From Candidatus Latescibacterota bacterium (GTDB taxonomy: Bacteria; Krumholzibacteriota; Krumholzibacteriia; WVZY01): 64,000 nt of DNA. Of the stretch, positions 10,812 through 21,126 are shown one piece after another. The DNA is taken from assembly GCA_963791045.1 (NCBI GenBank), contig CAWBQK010000001.1:1-64000 (forward strand). The letters run 5' to 3'. The translations under genes were made by a program, and so were the position numbers. The notes below the pieces were generated by a model. That model was not told the origin of the DNA. It was given only the letters and a program-made list of their open reading frames with translations, and did not search any database. Each line of letters begins with the position of its first letter. Position 1 is the first letter of the stretch.

Positions 10812-11951
10812 TCACGGTGTCGTTGCGGCCCCCGACATCAATATTATTGGAAGTATCTTCACCCTCACGTCACCCCAACACAACGAGATGTTATAGAAAT
10901 TCGGCTCGTAATAACGGTTGAGTCTGTCGTCAAAGAAATCATACTCGACCGTGTGGACACCCTCGGTGAGCGTTTCAAAGACAATATCTTCAATCACGAG
11001 TTCGCCGCAGTCGGGCTTGTAAGCAGCTCTCCTTTGAAAGGACACTCTCGTGATCTCCGTGGGTGAAGCCCGAAACGAAATCACGGCGCCGGTTCCAATC
11101 TGAGGGCGGCTCGGCGAGATCCACAACCACTGGTTGTAATTCATCGCTTGCGCCTCATTGGAGATCTCCGACCAGTTGTCCGCCTCATCGGCCGTCATTA
11201 ATCTGAAATAGTAGAACGCTCCTTTCAGCGGGGAGATCTCAAACACTTCGGTCTCACCCGCCGGCTGCGGCGTGGGAGCCCCGTCGACCTTGACCGCGTA
11301 ATCCCAGTCCGACTGGGTGACAATGTTGCGCAGCGAGTAGCGGATGTCGTAGCGTGTCGCAACCCCCGTCAAATCATCATCGCCGGGCGCCGTCCACGTC
11401 AGCACGAATGTAGTTTCGTCCAGCGCCTTCGCCATCAGATCGGTGACGTCCGCCGGCGGCACAAACTCCGACAGGGTGGACCCTGAAGCGTTGTTGGACA
11501 GGTCGGATACGTTGTCTTCCTCGTCGATCGTCTTCAACGCGAAATAATAATCGGTGCTCGAAGGGAGCTTCGTCACCACGATTGTCTCGACCTCGCCGGC
11601 TGGTTTTGGGGTTGGTAGAACAACAGAGTCGAGAGGCGTTGCCGCGTCCCAGTTTTCCGCTGTGATCGCTGATTCTGAATGGCGGATTTCATAATGGTCC
11701 GCCGTCCCGCTATCGCCGTCATCCCCGGGTGCCGTCCACGCAAGCGCGATCGACTCGTGGCTGGGCGAGCGCTGTTTCAGATCCACTACAGCAGCGGGAG
11801 GAATTGTATCGAGCTGCGTCCCATTGTTGTTACCGTCGTCTGTCGGCGTCACGCCGTCGTCACCACACCCAATCGAGCCCAAACCCACCAGAACCGGAAC
11901 GGACAAGATCGCCGCGAACAAAAATATTCTGTCGTACCGTCGGGTCCTCAT
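10812..11951 (-). CDS. Fibronectin type III-domain lipoprotein
   Basis: Lipobox SIGC; two LxWTAPGDD...YxIRxS...YYFxLxTxDE repeats. Confidence 0.8.
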   Translation of the reverse strand: MRTRRYDRIFLFAAILSVPVLVGLGSIGCGDDGVTPTDDGNNNGTQLDTIPPAAVVDLKQRSPSHESIALAWTAPGDDGDSGTADHYEIRHSESAITAENWDAATPLDSVVLPTPKPAGEVETIVVTKLPSSTDYYFALKTIDEEDNVSDLSNNASGSTLSEFVPPADVTDLMAKALDETTFVLTWTAPGDDDLTGVATRYDIRYSLRNIVTQSDWDYAVKVDGAPTPQPAGETEVFEISPLKGAFYYFRLMTADEADNWSEISNEAQAMNYNQWLWISPSRPQIGTGAVISFRASPTEITRVSFQRRAAYKPDCGELVIEDIVFETLTEGVHTVEYDFFDDRLNRYYEPNFYNISLCWGDVRVKILPIILMSGAATTP

Positions 11952-13997
11952 TTGAGCATCACCATTTTCTTTGTGAGCGTCCTCTTCCCCGCCGTCAGGC
12001 GGTAGAAATAGACCCCAGAACTAACCGGCGCACCGTCGGCATCCCTTCCATCCCACTTGTGCTCCCGATATCCCACGGCGGTCTCGTCGGCGACTATTGT
12101 AACGAGCTTCCCCCGCACGTCATAAACCGACAGCATCGCCCGCACCCGCGATGGAAGCGTGAACGAGATCGTGGTCGATGGATTGAATGGATTCGGGTGG
12201 TTTTGATCCAGCGTTAACTCCACGGCGGGCACGTCGAGGGCCGTCGTGAATGACGCAACCAGTGCGCCCGAATCGATAACGCCGACGCGGTAGACGTAAG
12301 CGCCGCCGGGCCTGACGGCCAAGTCGACAAAGGAAAACGACCCGCCATCCTGAAGCACCGGGCCGTCCAGCAGTTTGAAATCCGTGTCCGGTCCGTCTTT
12401 TCGAGCGATCTCAAAGTCCAAATGGGTTTGATCGGTGGCGAGCGCCCACGTGATCTCAACGCCTTTGCCAATCCACACCGCTTCATGGCGTTGCACGTAC
12501 GTGGGAACGGTGACATCAACCGACGCGAGGTCCACGTAGCTGCTGACATTGCCGTATGTGTTCACCGCGGCAACCTTCATACACCAGGTTTCCATCGGCG
12601 AGATGCCGTGGAGCGTGATCACCGTGTCGGCCGTTTCCGCGATACGGTTGTCCGGCGACGGCGTGAAATCGGGTTCGATTCCCTGGTGCACCGTGTAGTG
12701 CGACAGATCAACGACGGGGCTGTGCCGCCATCTGAGCAGGAGCTCGCCTGTGCCCGTCGTGTACGTCCCGATGAAACCCGACGGAGCGGAAACCCGGCGG
12801 CGGAGCGTCGGATCTCCGTACAAAATCAGATGGCCGGCCGCCGCCTTGAAGCCGGCGCCGTATATCAATACGGTTTCACGCATCGACCGAAACAGCACGT
12901 CCCCAATCCGGTCTCCGGCAAAAATACCGGCGTGAACTTCGTTCGCAACGTGCGTAGGAACACCGTCCGTCGTCGTTCTCGCCAGAAACGCGGCCGCGCC
13001 CGCTGCCGGAAAACCGGATGACAGCGTCGGCGAATCCAACTGCATGTTTCCCGTATTGCAGCTGTAATAACCGATGACGACGGGATGGGAGGTCCACAGA
13101 TCCACCGAGTCCATGTATCCGACAGTGAATTTCGCATCATTGCTGTTATTGAAGAACGCCAGGGGTGTGCCGTGGCCCGCAAAAACAATATAATCACTGC
13201 TCGACATCAACGTCAGGAACTCGTCGCGTTCCCAGCACGTCGCACACACTCCGTAGGGCGGTGTCGTGTACCCGTCCGATGTGAACTTCACCTCCCGGTC
13301 GAGCGAAAAGCCGCCGGCCGTGTGAAGCTCGATCGCGGTCAGGAGACCCTGGGTTACCCCATCGCACCCCATACCGAGATCCGGCAGTCTGGCAACGACA
13401 AACCCATTGTCCACGATCGCATCGGAATCAAAATCCACGTACCACGCATCGGAGGAAATGAATCGTGACCTGGCTTTCGGTCGGTTCGGAAGCGCCCGGT
13501 TGAAAGGTCACATCCCAGAGGGGCCGCGGTACGACCAACTGGCCGCCGAGCAGGAGGAAATAACGAACGCCGTTGGCGTCTGCAATTGTTTTGATTACGC
13601 TACGGACTTCCGTCCAAAGCATGGGGTTCGCGACCTTGATCCCGAACCGCGCAAGGCACTCGTCGGAGTCGAGCTCCACGTATTCCGCAGTAAGACCCTC
13701 GGTGTCCGCGAGCACCGAGATGTATTCCGCAATCGCATCATCAAATTGTGTGTTGGTCTCAATACGCGTGCTGGTAACGAGGAGAACATCGACCGTGGGG
13801 TCCACGTGACCGGATGGATTGTCTGTGTGAGCCGTCTGCCGTGGCCGCTCAACCCCGCAAACGGTGACTGCCCAGAACAGGCAAAGGAGAAACAAGGCCG
13901 CCACGAACAGAGCCTTACTGAGGCCGGTGCTGGGCCCGCGCGATTGTCGTATGCAAGCTGCTTTAGGCAAAACCGTCATGACGCCCTCATAGATCAA
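11948..13997 (-). CDS. C25 (gingipain-family) cysteine peptidase with FlgD-Ig C-terminal domain, split by one frameshift near 13460
   Basis: ORFs 13428-13997 and 11948-13438 join into YFLLLGG...SDAWYVDFD...VARLP; catalytic-type FAGHG and YSCNTG motifs; LYGDP; NHPNPFNP C-terminal domain. Confidence 0.75.
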
Positions 13998-14096
13998 TAA
14001 TGTCTCACCGGCACACTACCGCCGGTCAGCTCATTATATCACATTATTCGGGCTCCATTCCGCGTGTCCCAAGAAACAGCCCGGAGATTTCCAGCG

Positions 14097-14125
14097 CTAT
14101 TCGTACAGCGCCTTGATCTTGCCCC
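14097..14125 (-). pseudogene. 3' remnant of a TWGK-tail gene (GKIKALYE*)
   Basis: The minus strand reads GG GGC AAG ATC AAG GCG CTG TAC GAA TAG and is cut immediately upstream by an IS-like end at 14126. Confidence 0.65.
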
Positions 14126-14169
14126 TGTCCCTACCAGAAATTCCGTCCGCGTTGCCTCACTTGCGGTTA

Positions 14170-14277
14170 CCCCGTAGTGTCCGAAAATACGATCGACAAC
14201 GCCGACCGCGTGCCGCACGTGTATCAGACTGCTGGTGGTTGTGTTGCAGTGCGATCGAGTTTTCGGACACTACGGGG
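14170..14277. mobile_element. MITE-like element, about 108 bp
   Basis: 26-bp terminal inverted repeats, CCCCGTAGTGTCCGAAAATACGATCG and CGATCGAGTTTTCGGACACTACGGGG, with TTA on both sides. Confidence 0.65.
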
Positions 14278-14342
14278 TTAACGGCGGGAACGAGCGCAGG
14301 CTGCTTTATTACAGTCTTGCTAACCAAACAATTTGCATAAAA

Positions 14343-14603
14343 CTAAGATTCTGATTTCGCACCCTTAACTAGATGGGATATCATGCCAGTGGGCGCAGGC
14401 ACGATTTCGATTTTTTGAATATTGTTTGTTGGGATGATAACAAGTTCTCCGTCCAGCTCGACCCCGATATAGTTGGCAGCCATACTGCGTTCTATTCTAG
14501 CTCCAGCATTCCTCTGTCTGTCATCGTCCGCCTCAATGCTAAAAACAATCGGATCTCCTGAAAGAAGATGTATAGAGATAGTTATTTCAGATAATTTTTG
14601 CAA
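14343..14603 (-). CDS. Small hypothetical protein in an AT-rich patch
   Basis: 86-aa ORF with GGGGA RBS and TTG start. Confidence 0.6.
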   Translation of the reverse strand: MQKLSEITISIHLLSGDPIVFSIEADDDRQRNAGARIERSMAANYIGVELDGELVIIPTNNIQKIEIVPAPTGMISHLVKGAKSES

Positions 14604-14855
14604 GTGTCCCCCTTTAAAAATTGATCGTAAGACTCGAAAGAAGATCAGATTACACCATACTCCACAGCAGGATATTAATCTCCCCTAAAGTATCTTACCA
14701 GTCTAGCAACCTGAATCAACTTTAACTTTTTTACATCCCGTCGCAACAACTGCCAGTTAACTGCCACGGAGCCGTTGTTGTTACCTCTGTTCTATTTTTA
14801 TTCGGTCTGACTCGCCACTTTTGAACTTGCGTTGATCCTATTATATCATTGTTCC

Positions 14856-15343
14856 ATGATATTCATCCTCCTACGTACACTCGCCTCTGCGCTGAGGTCC
14901 CGTCGTGCGCTGGCTCTCGAAATTCTCGCGCTCCGGCACCAACTCGATGTCCTTCAAAGGAATGCCAAACGGCCCAGGTTGTCCAACCGGGACCGCATCC
15001 TTTGGATCATCCTGTCGCGAGTCTGGACCGACTGGCGGCAGTCGTTAACGCTCGTCACGCCGGACACCGTCGTCCGGTGGCAAAGGCGGGGATTCCGGCT
15101 GTACTGGCGATGGAAGAGCCGTCCCCTTTGGCGTGGGCGGCCCCACATTCCGAAATCCGTTCGCCACCTGATTTGTCAAATGTCGAGTGCCAATCCTCTC
15201 TGGGGCGCGCCTCGGATTCATGGAGAACTCTTGAAGCTAGGGATCGACGTGAGTCAGGCCACCGTATCCAAGTATATGAAGAAACGGCGCAAACCTCCCT
15301 CACAAACCTGGCGTACCTTTCTCAAAAACCACTCCGCGGACAC
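14856..15343 (+). mobile_element. Truncated integrase-core (rve-type) IS transposase, N-terminal HTH part only
   Basis: LEILALRHQL, VTPDTVVRWQR, NPLWGAPRIHGELLKLG and SQTWRTFLKNH motifs; interrupted at 15344 by another IS end. A candidate left end, TGTCCCTACCAGAAA, lies at 14126. Confidence 0.8.
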
Positions 15344-15507
15344 TGACCTGCCCCCACTGATCGTACCACTTTTTGTGGTTCACCCCATATAATTGAGTCT
15401 CCCCTTCAAGCCGCTGCCTCGATGGCTGCCGGTGCCGGCGGACGATAGCCCAGCGAGCTATGGGGCCGCTTCCAGTTGTACTCTTTGCGCCACTGATGAA
15501 CAAGCAC
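15344..15507 (-). mobile_element. IS3-family right-end remnant (IS407-group-like)
   Basis: Terminal TGACCTGCCCCC; the minus strand encodes WRKEYNWKRPHSSLGYRPPAP...*. Confidence 0.7.
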
Positions 15508-15610
15508 TGAACCGTCCCGGTTTTTCCGGAGTCCTGGTTACGTTACTCCGGCCACCATGGCTGGAGTTTCCTCACTGTGATAACACGCCTCCTCATATTC
15601 CGCCACCCGA
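15508..15610 (-). mobile_element. IS3-family right-end remnant (IS51/IS629-group-like)
   Basis: Terminal TGAACCGTCCCGGTTTTTCCGGAG; the minus strand encodes AEYEEACYHSEETPAMVAGVT*. Confidence 0.65.
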
Positions 15611-15751
15611 GCCAGCCCCTTCTCCGAGGTAATTCCCGTCGTGGTAAATCGGGCAGAACGGCACCGGAATAGAAAAGTCACCCTGGGGCCAACTCCAAAG
15701 CGGGAGACAGGCTCGACAATCGCCGAAAGAAACACCAACACCCGCACACCG

Positions 15752-15949
15752 CCCAATTGAGATATCCTGGCGATTTTTCAGTGTAAGATTACTGTAAGAT
15801 GGGGGTTTTGGGCGGATGAGGCGAATGCCGTAAGTCGTTGTGGAATTTGGAGCTGGTGAACGGAATCGAACCGTTGACTTGGTATTACGAATACGTTGGT
15901 CCGCCAAAAACCAACTCATTGTGAACGCGCTAATTAACAAACTTGTAGC
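15752..15949. repeat. att-like repeat copy A: 96-bp arm, degenerate tRNA-Thr 3' fragment (15848 to about 15906) and second arm
   Basis: CCCAATTG...GTGTAAGATTACTGTAAGATGGGGG...TGGAGCTGGTGAACGGAATCGAACCGTTGAC...TTGTGAACGCGCTAATTAACAAACT. Confidence 0.85.
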
Positions 15950-16081
15950 GAGGTCCTCGGGCACTCCACACACAGTAGCAGAAACCGGCTGCGTCACCTG
16001 TTTTTCTCTGCTAAAATAGAAGGAAGATACCGCCCGGACGAACCCTTCCGTCACGCCGGGCGCACTCAGCGACCGTATCCA

Positions 16082-17902
16082 GTGGAGATTATTGTGTCAC
16101 GCCATTGGAAAAGCATCCTGTCAAGTCTGCTTGTTCTCACGCTTGCCGTATCCTGCAGCGACGACCCCACCGGCCCGAAAACGGACCCGTTATTCCCCTC
16201 AGTCGTCTTCGAGTATGAACATCCGTTTCCCGTCACGAGCCTACAAGAGATGTGGGGTGCCGCGTCCGACGACATTTATGCTGTGGGATCCTACGGTGAG
16301 ATTCTGCACTATGACGGAGCAGAGTGGACGTCCATGCCAAGCCCGCGCAATTGGCTACTGTTCGATGTATGGGGAGTGGCCAGCGACGACATCGTCGCTG
16401 TCGGCGTGGGTGGCCTCATTCTGCATTTCGATGGCACCGAGTGGCAGATCGAAGAATCCGGCACGGACTCGTGGTTGTACGGCGTTTGGGGATGTGCACC
16501 TGACACGATCTATGCCGTAGGGCGTTCGGGCAACGTTCTTCGGTTCGATGGCAGCGCGTGGGAGTCGCTTCCTCAACCGACCGAATCGGATCTACTCACA
16601 GTCTGGGGAACGAGTGGTGACAACGTCTACGTCGGAGCACGTGACGCGCTACTTCATTTCGACGGCCAGAACTGGACCGACGTGGGAATCGAGGTTCGCG
16701 TCCGTGTAATTGGCATTTGGGGATCGTCCCCAACCGACGTGTGGGCCACCGACGGGACCAACTGGCTTTGGCACTACGACGGAGCCACGTGGGAAACCGT
16801 CTACACGCTAATCATGTATCCCTTCACGAACCTGTGGGGTTTCGCGTCCAATGACGTTTTTGGCGTAGGCCAAGACGGCATGGTGTCCCACTTCGGCGGG
16901 GCACAGTGGATGTTGGAAGAAAGCTTCGATGGTGTCGACCTTGGGGGTATCTGGGGAGGTACCGCCACCGACCTTTGGGTGTGCGGTTCCATAAAGGGAG
17001 CAAACGGTGGGGCGCTGTTCCACCGGGACGGTTCGGATTGGACGCAGGTCGGACAATCCCTTGCGGAAGACAAACTCCAGGATATCTGGAGCGACGCGAC
17101 GGGCGAGCGAGCGTTCGCGGTTGGACTCGATATAATCTTGCAGAAAGAAGACGGAGAATGGACTGCGGTTCCAGTGACACCTCCGTCTAATCTGACTGCG
17201 GTTTGGGGCGCACCGTCGGGCGAGGTGTTTGCGGTCGGCGAGAATCGCCTGTGCCTTCTCTTTGACGGAAGCACGTGGCGGAATGTCGGTCCGGACCAGG
17301 ACATGTTGCGCTTCTACGACGTCTGGGGCACGTCAAAAAACAACGTGTACGTTGGCGCACAGGATGGTCTCTGGCGGTTCAACGGCACCGATTGGGATGC
17401 GCCAGACATCTCCGAACACGTGATCGCCGTTTGGGGTACGAACGAATCAAACATCTACTCGGCTGGTAGAGGCGTGGATCTCCACGGCGTTGTACGGCGT
17501 TTCGATGGCGACACGTGGGAACCGATCTACGATGACTCGACAATCGGGGTTTGGGCGCTCACCGGCGCCGGGCCGCAGGACATCCTCATTCTGGCCAGTG
17601 AGTTGGACTCTCGTCGTGAGTTCTTGCTCCGCTTTGATGGCAAGGAGTGGCGCGACGTGACTCCATCACAGGTGTCGGAGTTCCGATCGATCGGTGGAAA
17701 CGTGCAACTAGGGTTTGTTGTCTATGGTTATAACCTGGACGAGCACTATGCGACGGACCAAACTCTGCTGCGCCTGGCGAACGATCGCTGGGAGGTACTA
17801 AGTCCCCGCTACGGAGCGGATTTTAAAGGGATTTGGGGAGGTCTGGAAAACGGCGTGTACCTCGTGGGCCGAAGTGAGATCGTGCGATGTTTGTTGAGGT
17901 GA
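16082..17902 (+). CDS. Lipoprotein with beta-propeller WG repeats (cassette cargo)
   Basis: Lipobox AVSC; about 14 repeats of the form xxVWGxxxxDxYAVGxxGxILHFDGxxW. Confidence 0.85.
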   Translation: MEIIVSRHWKSILSSLLVLTLAVSCSDDPTGPKTDPLFPSVVFEYEHPFPVTSLQEMWGAASDDIYAVGSYGEILHYDGAEWTSMPSPRNWLLFDVWGVASDDIVAVGVGGLILHFDGTEWQIEESGTDSWLYGVWGCAPDTIYAVGRSGNVLRFDGSAWESLPQPTESDLLTVWGTSGDNVYVGARDALLHFDGQNWTDVGIEVRVRVIGIWGSSPTDVWATDGTNWLWHYDGATWETVYTLIMYPFTNLWGFASNDVFGVGQDGMVSHFGGAQWMLEESFDGVDLGGIWGGTATDLWVCGSIKGANGGALFHRDGSDWTQVGQSLAEDKLQDIWSDATGERAFAVGLDIILQKEDGEWTAVPVTPPSNLTAVWGAPSGEVFAVGENRLCLLFDGSTWRNVGPDQDMLRFYDVWGTSKNNVYVGAQDGLWRFNGTDWDAPDISEHVIAVWGTNESNIYSAGRGVDLHGVVRRFDGDTWEPIYDDSTIGVWALTGAGPQDILILASELDSRREFLLRFDGKEWRDVTPSQVSEFRSIGGNVQLGFVVYGYNLDEHYATDQTLLRLANDRWEVLSPRYGADFKGIWGGLENGVYLVGRSEIVRCLLR

Positions 17903-18040
17903 TCGGGCCGCTTTGAAATGGGACACCTGCGTCGGCGTGTGAGTAGATTTTGGCGAAGAGAAAAATCGTGCCTCGCAGCCAAATCCAAAGCGGGGGAAAT
18001 GCACGACGGCCACCAAAGAAACGCCTATCCCTGCGCATCA

Positions 18041-18240
<200 letters not shown>

Positions 18241-18502
18241 TGGTTACGGCGTATCCGCATTTGCGTGTTCTTGCGTATGATCGGTCACAGTCGGCGGTAT
18301 TATACAGTGTCAGTGTAAGAAGAAGTGTAAGATGAGAAATCACACTGGACGCCGCAAATCTCGATAATACGGCGATTATGTGGTTACCTCGAAGTGAAAT
18401 CGAGTTTTCGTACGCTACGGCCAAAAGCAGGCTATCTACGCACGGATGGGTTTTTCAGAGGAGACAGCGGTTTTTCTCTTCACAATATTTCTCGGAGTTC
18501 GA

Positions 18503-19057
18503 TTACAACTTCCGGGCACGCATTACGACCTTCCCGTCGGCCTCGTTATCTTCGGGTTCGGGGTATTTCGTAATCGTGATTATCATATCCCCACTTCCAC
18601 CGCAGCCTGTTATTGTATAGGCTTTTGGTTCCCCATCAACCACCATAAACCCTATATAACGTGTTTCCCCCCTCCAGGCAGCCAGGCCGCATCCTGGTTC
18701 TGTCCGGTACTCTGTAAAAGGGTTAATTAACAGTCTGCCGTTGGGAAGAAAATCAATCAACGTGTTGCCCAATGGAGATTCGTCCGTCAAGCAACGTGGA
18801 TAATCCCCCCCACTCTCGCGAGCCCACGCATCAACAGCATCACGTACCGTATAGCAATTTTGTATTACCAGCTCCTCAATCGTTGGTAAATCAGGCTTTC
18901 TCTTGCCATCAAAATCCAGCGCATTCCCTGTGTCCTGGGAACATAATTGCTCGCTAGAAACCCTGGGGGCAATCGGCGATCCAGATGTCTCCACGCTCTC
19001 TTGGTGGCACGCTGGTATTACTAATAGTAGTATTAAAAATAATAATGCGCTCTTCAT
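18503..19057 (-). CDS. Hypothetical lipoprotein with a possible pilin/pseudopilin-like globular domain (AT-rich cassette cargo)
   Basis: Lipobox IPAC; NCYTVRDAVDAWARESGGDYP...LINPFT resembles the segment following the N-terminal helix of pilin-like proteins. Confidence 0.6.
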   Translation of the reverse strand: MKSALLFLILLLVIPACHQESVETSGSPIAPRVSSEQLCSQDTGNALDFDGKRKPDLPTIEELVIQNCYTVRDAVDAWARESGGDYPRCLTDESPLGNTLIDFLPNGRLLINPFTEYRTEPGCGLAAWRGETRYIGFMVVDGEPKAYTITGCGGSGDMIITITKYPEPEDNEADGKVVMRARKL

Positions 19058-19402
19058 TAGGACCCCCTTTTTCTACCGGCTTTGCCCTTTCAGCTCGGGC
19101 TAGCTGCATAACCCATGCCCATTTCTCACATCGTGGCCAGGGGGGCGTAATTGTATTGGCATCACTCACTAACGACATCCAAATACAACTTAAAACAATT
19201 TCGTGATTTATCATTTTCTCATTTCCACTTCCGATACTCCCTCAGGTACTGTATAATGCACCTGCACGTGACACAGAAAAGGCGACTGAGTTAGCCTTTC
19301 CCCAAGCTTTTAATATAATCAGTCCCACACCACACGGGATCTTCGTCTTACTCGCCACCGCTTTTTCTTTGGTTTTCAATATTGTTTTGAGGGGGGTAAA
19401 AC

Positions 19403-19657
19403 ATGAACCGCAAGGCCGGTTTTTATTCCGTTGTATTGTGTCTGTTTTTGACCCTTGCCGTCTCGGATTGCGCTAAACAAAACCCAACCGAGCCGCGCTA
19501 TACCCCAACAGCAGTCCCTCACAGGGTCAGCACCGAAACTATACATTACATCTACCGAGCAACACAGCTCGACAGCCTTCTAACACCTTCAATCCAGCCA
19601 AACGTCACCGGAGGCGACACGGTCTGGTGTGAGTCGTCAAGCACAATGAGACTATAA
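19403..19657 (+). pseudogene. Lipoprotein N-terminus truncated by the IS
   Basis: GAGGGG RBS and lipobox VSDC; the ORF runs into the IS inverted repeat at about 19635. Confidence 0.6.
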
Positions 19658-19666
19658 TCCCCAAAA

Positions 19667-20695
19667 TTAATAGACACTCTCCCGTAGTTCAGCCGGTCTA
19701 ATCGGTTCTTCCTTTTTCACTTTCAGTCCAAGATTCTCGCGACGCCGACGCTCGAGCGTTTGCATTTTCACCAGCGCCCTCGCTGTTGTGATCTCTCGGT
19801 TACGACCATGATACATGTCGGCCGGCGTCAGGTTGTTGATCGACTCGTGGTAACGCTCATGGTTGTAATGGTGAACGAAGCGTTCGAGTTCTTGTTCGAG
19901 CTCCCATGGTGCATAGTAGTTCTGAAGCGTGACCACGTTCTTCATCGTTCGGTGGTACCGTTCGATCTTGCCCTGTGTCATCGGATGGTAAGGTCGGCCT
20001 CGCGTATGGTCGATCTCCTTTTGAGCCAGATAAGTCGCCAGTTCATTCGAGACGTAGGCCGGACCGTTGTCGCTTAAGAGCCGCGGGCGGTGACGTACTC
20101 GTGCATCCGTCACTCCTGTCTTCTCAATGGCCCGATCCAGCGTCTCCTTAACGTCTGTCGCTGCCATGCCGGCTGAAAGTGTCCAGGCGACGATGTAGCG
20201 GCTATAGTCGTCAAGGACGGTCGAGAGGTAATACCAGCCCCATCCGATCACCTTCATGTAGGTGAAGTCCGTTTGCCAGAGCTCATGCACGCGCCGCGTC
20301 TTGTGCTTGAACTCGGAGGCAGCCGAGAGCACGATATAGTTAGGACTTGCCACAAGATCATATGACTTCAAGATTCGATAAACACTGCTCTCGCTCACAA
20401 ACCATCCTTCTTTGTCCGTGATGTGCCAGGCCAACTCCCGCGGTGATGCCTCCGGCTTCTCGATCGCCAGTTCCGCAACACGCTCTCGCTCCACATCCGG
20501 GATCCGGTTCCAGAACCGTCGCCTCTGTCCTGTTCGGCTCGCCAGACCGTCATAGCCATCTCGCGCATATGCCGCGTACCAGCGATAGAATGTACTGCGT
20601 GGCACGTCGAACTCGCAGAGCGTTCGGCTCACCGGCAACGATGAGCCCTCCACCAGACGAATCACTTCCATCTTTTCCGACTGGCTGTACCTCAT
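19667..20695 (-). CDS. IS3-family transposase OrfB (DDE/rve)
   Basis: WQTDFTY, LDDYSRYI, LLSDNG and QGKIERYHRT motifs. Confidence 0.9.
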   Translation of the reverse strand: MRYSQSEKMEVIRLVEGSSLPVSRTLCEFDVPRSTFYRWYAAYARDGYDGLASRTGQRRRFWNRIPDVERERVAELAIEKPEASPRELAWHITDKEGWFVSESSVYRILKSYDLVASPNYIVLSAASEFKHKTRRVHELWQTDFTYMKVIGWGWYYLSTVLDDYSRYIVAWTLSAGMAATDVKETLDRAIEKTGVTDARVRHRPRLLSDNGPAYVSNELATYLAQKEIDHTRGRPYHPMTQGKIERYHRTMKNVVTLQNYYAPWELEQELERFVHHYNHERYHESINNLTPADMYHGRNREITTARALVKMQTLERRRRENLGLKVKKEEPIRPAELRESVY

Positions 20696-21057
20696 CCCTC
20701 GTCCGACTCCGTCTCCAAGCCGGCGTGACTTTTTTTAAGAACGTCGTTTTTCAGGCTCAGGTCCGCAACAAGGTGCTTGAGGTGGGAGTTTTCTTTGCGA
20801 AGCCCCAGCACCTCGCCCGAGGTCGCCTCTCGTTGTGTATCGCCCATCAGCCGTTTCTTGCCAGCCTCCAGGAACGCCTTGCTCCAGCTGTAGTAGACAT
20901 TCGGACTGATCCCTTCGCGGCGACAAAGCTCGGCAATGCTCTCCTCGCCACGGAGCCCTTCCAATACAATACGGATCTTTTCTTCAGATGAATACTTGCG
21001 GCGGGTCTTGCGTTTGATATCTCGAACAACGCTCTCGGGGTCTGTCTTCCTGGCCAT
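20692..21057 (-). CDS. IS3-family transposase OrfA (HTH)
   Basis: YSSEEKIRIVLEGLRGEESIAELCRREGI. Confidence 0.9.
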   Translation of the reverse strand: MARKTDPESVVRDIKRKTRRKYSSEEKIRIVLEGLRGEESIAELCRREGISPNVYYSWSKAFLEAGKKRLMGDTQREATSGEVLGLRKENSHLKHLVADLSLKNDVLKKSHAGLETESDEG

Positions 21058-21126
21058 GGGGCACTCCTTTCATGGTACAATCATACCTCAGAGTGTCCAT
21101 TAATTTTGGACTTGATTGTGTCTCAC

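Noticed and set aside
1-15750. Distal attR of the tRNA island
   Set aside because: I found no further copy of the tRNA-Thr 3' end by eye. It may have been deleted by the IS stack or lie outside the window.
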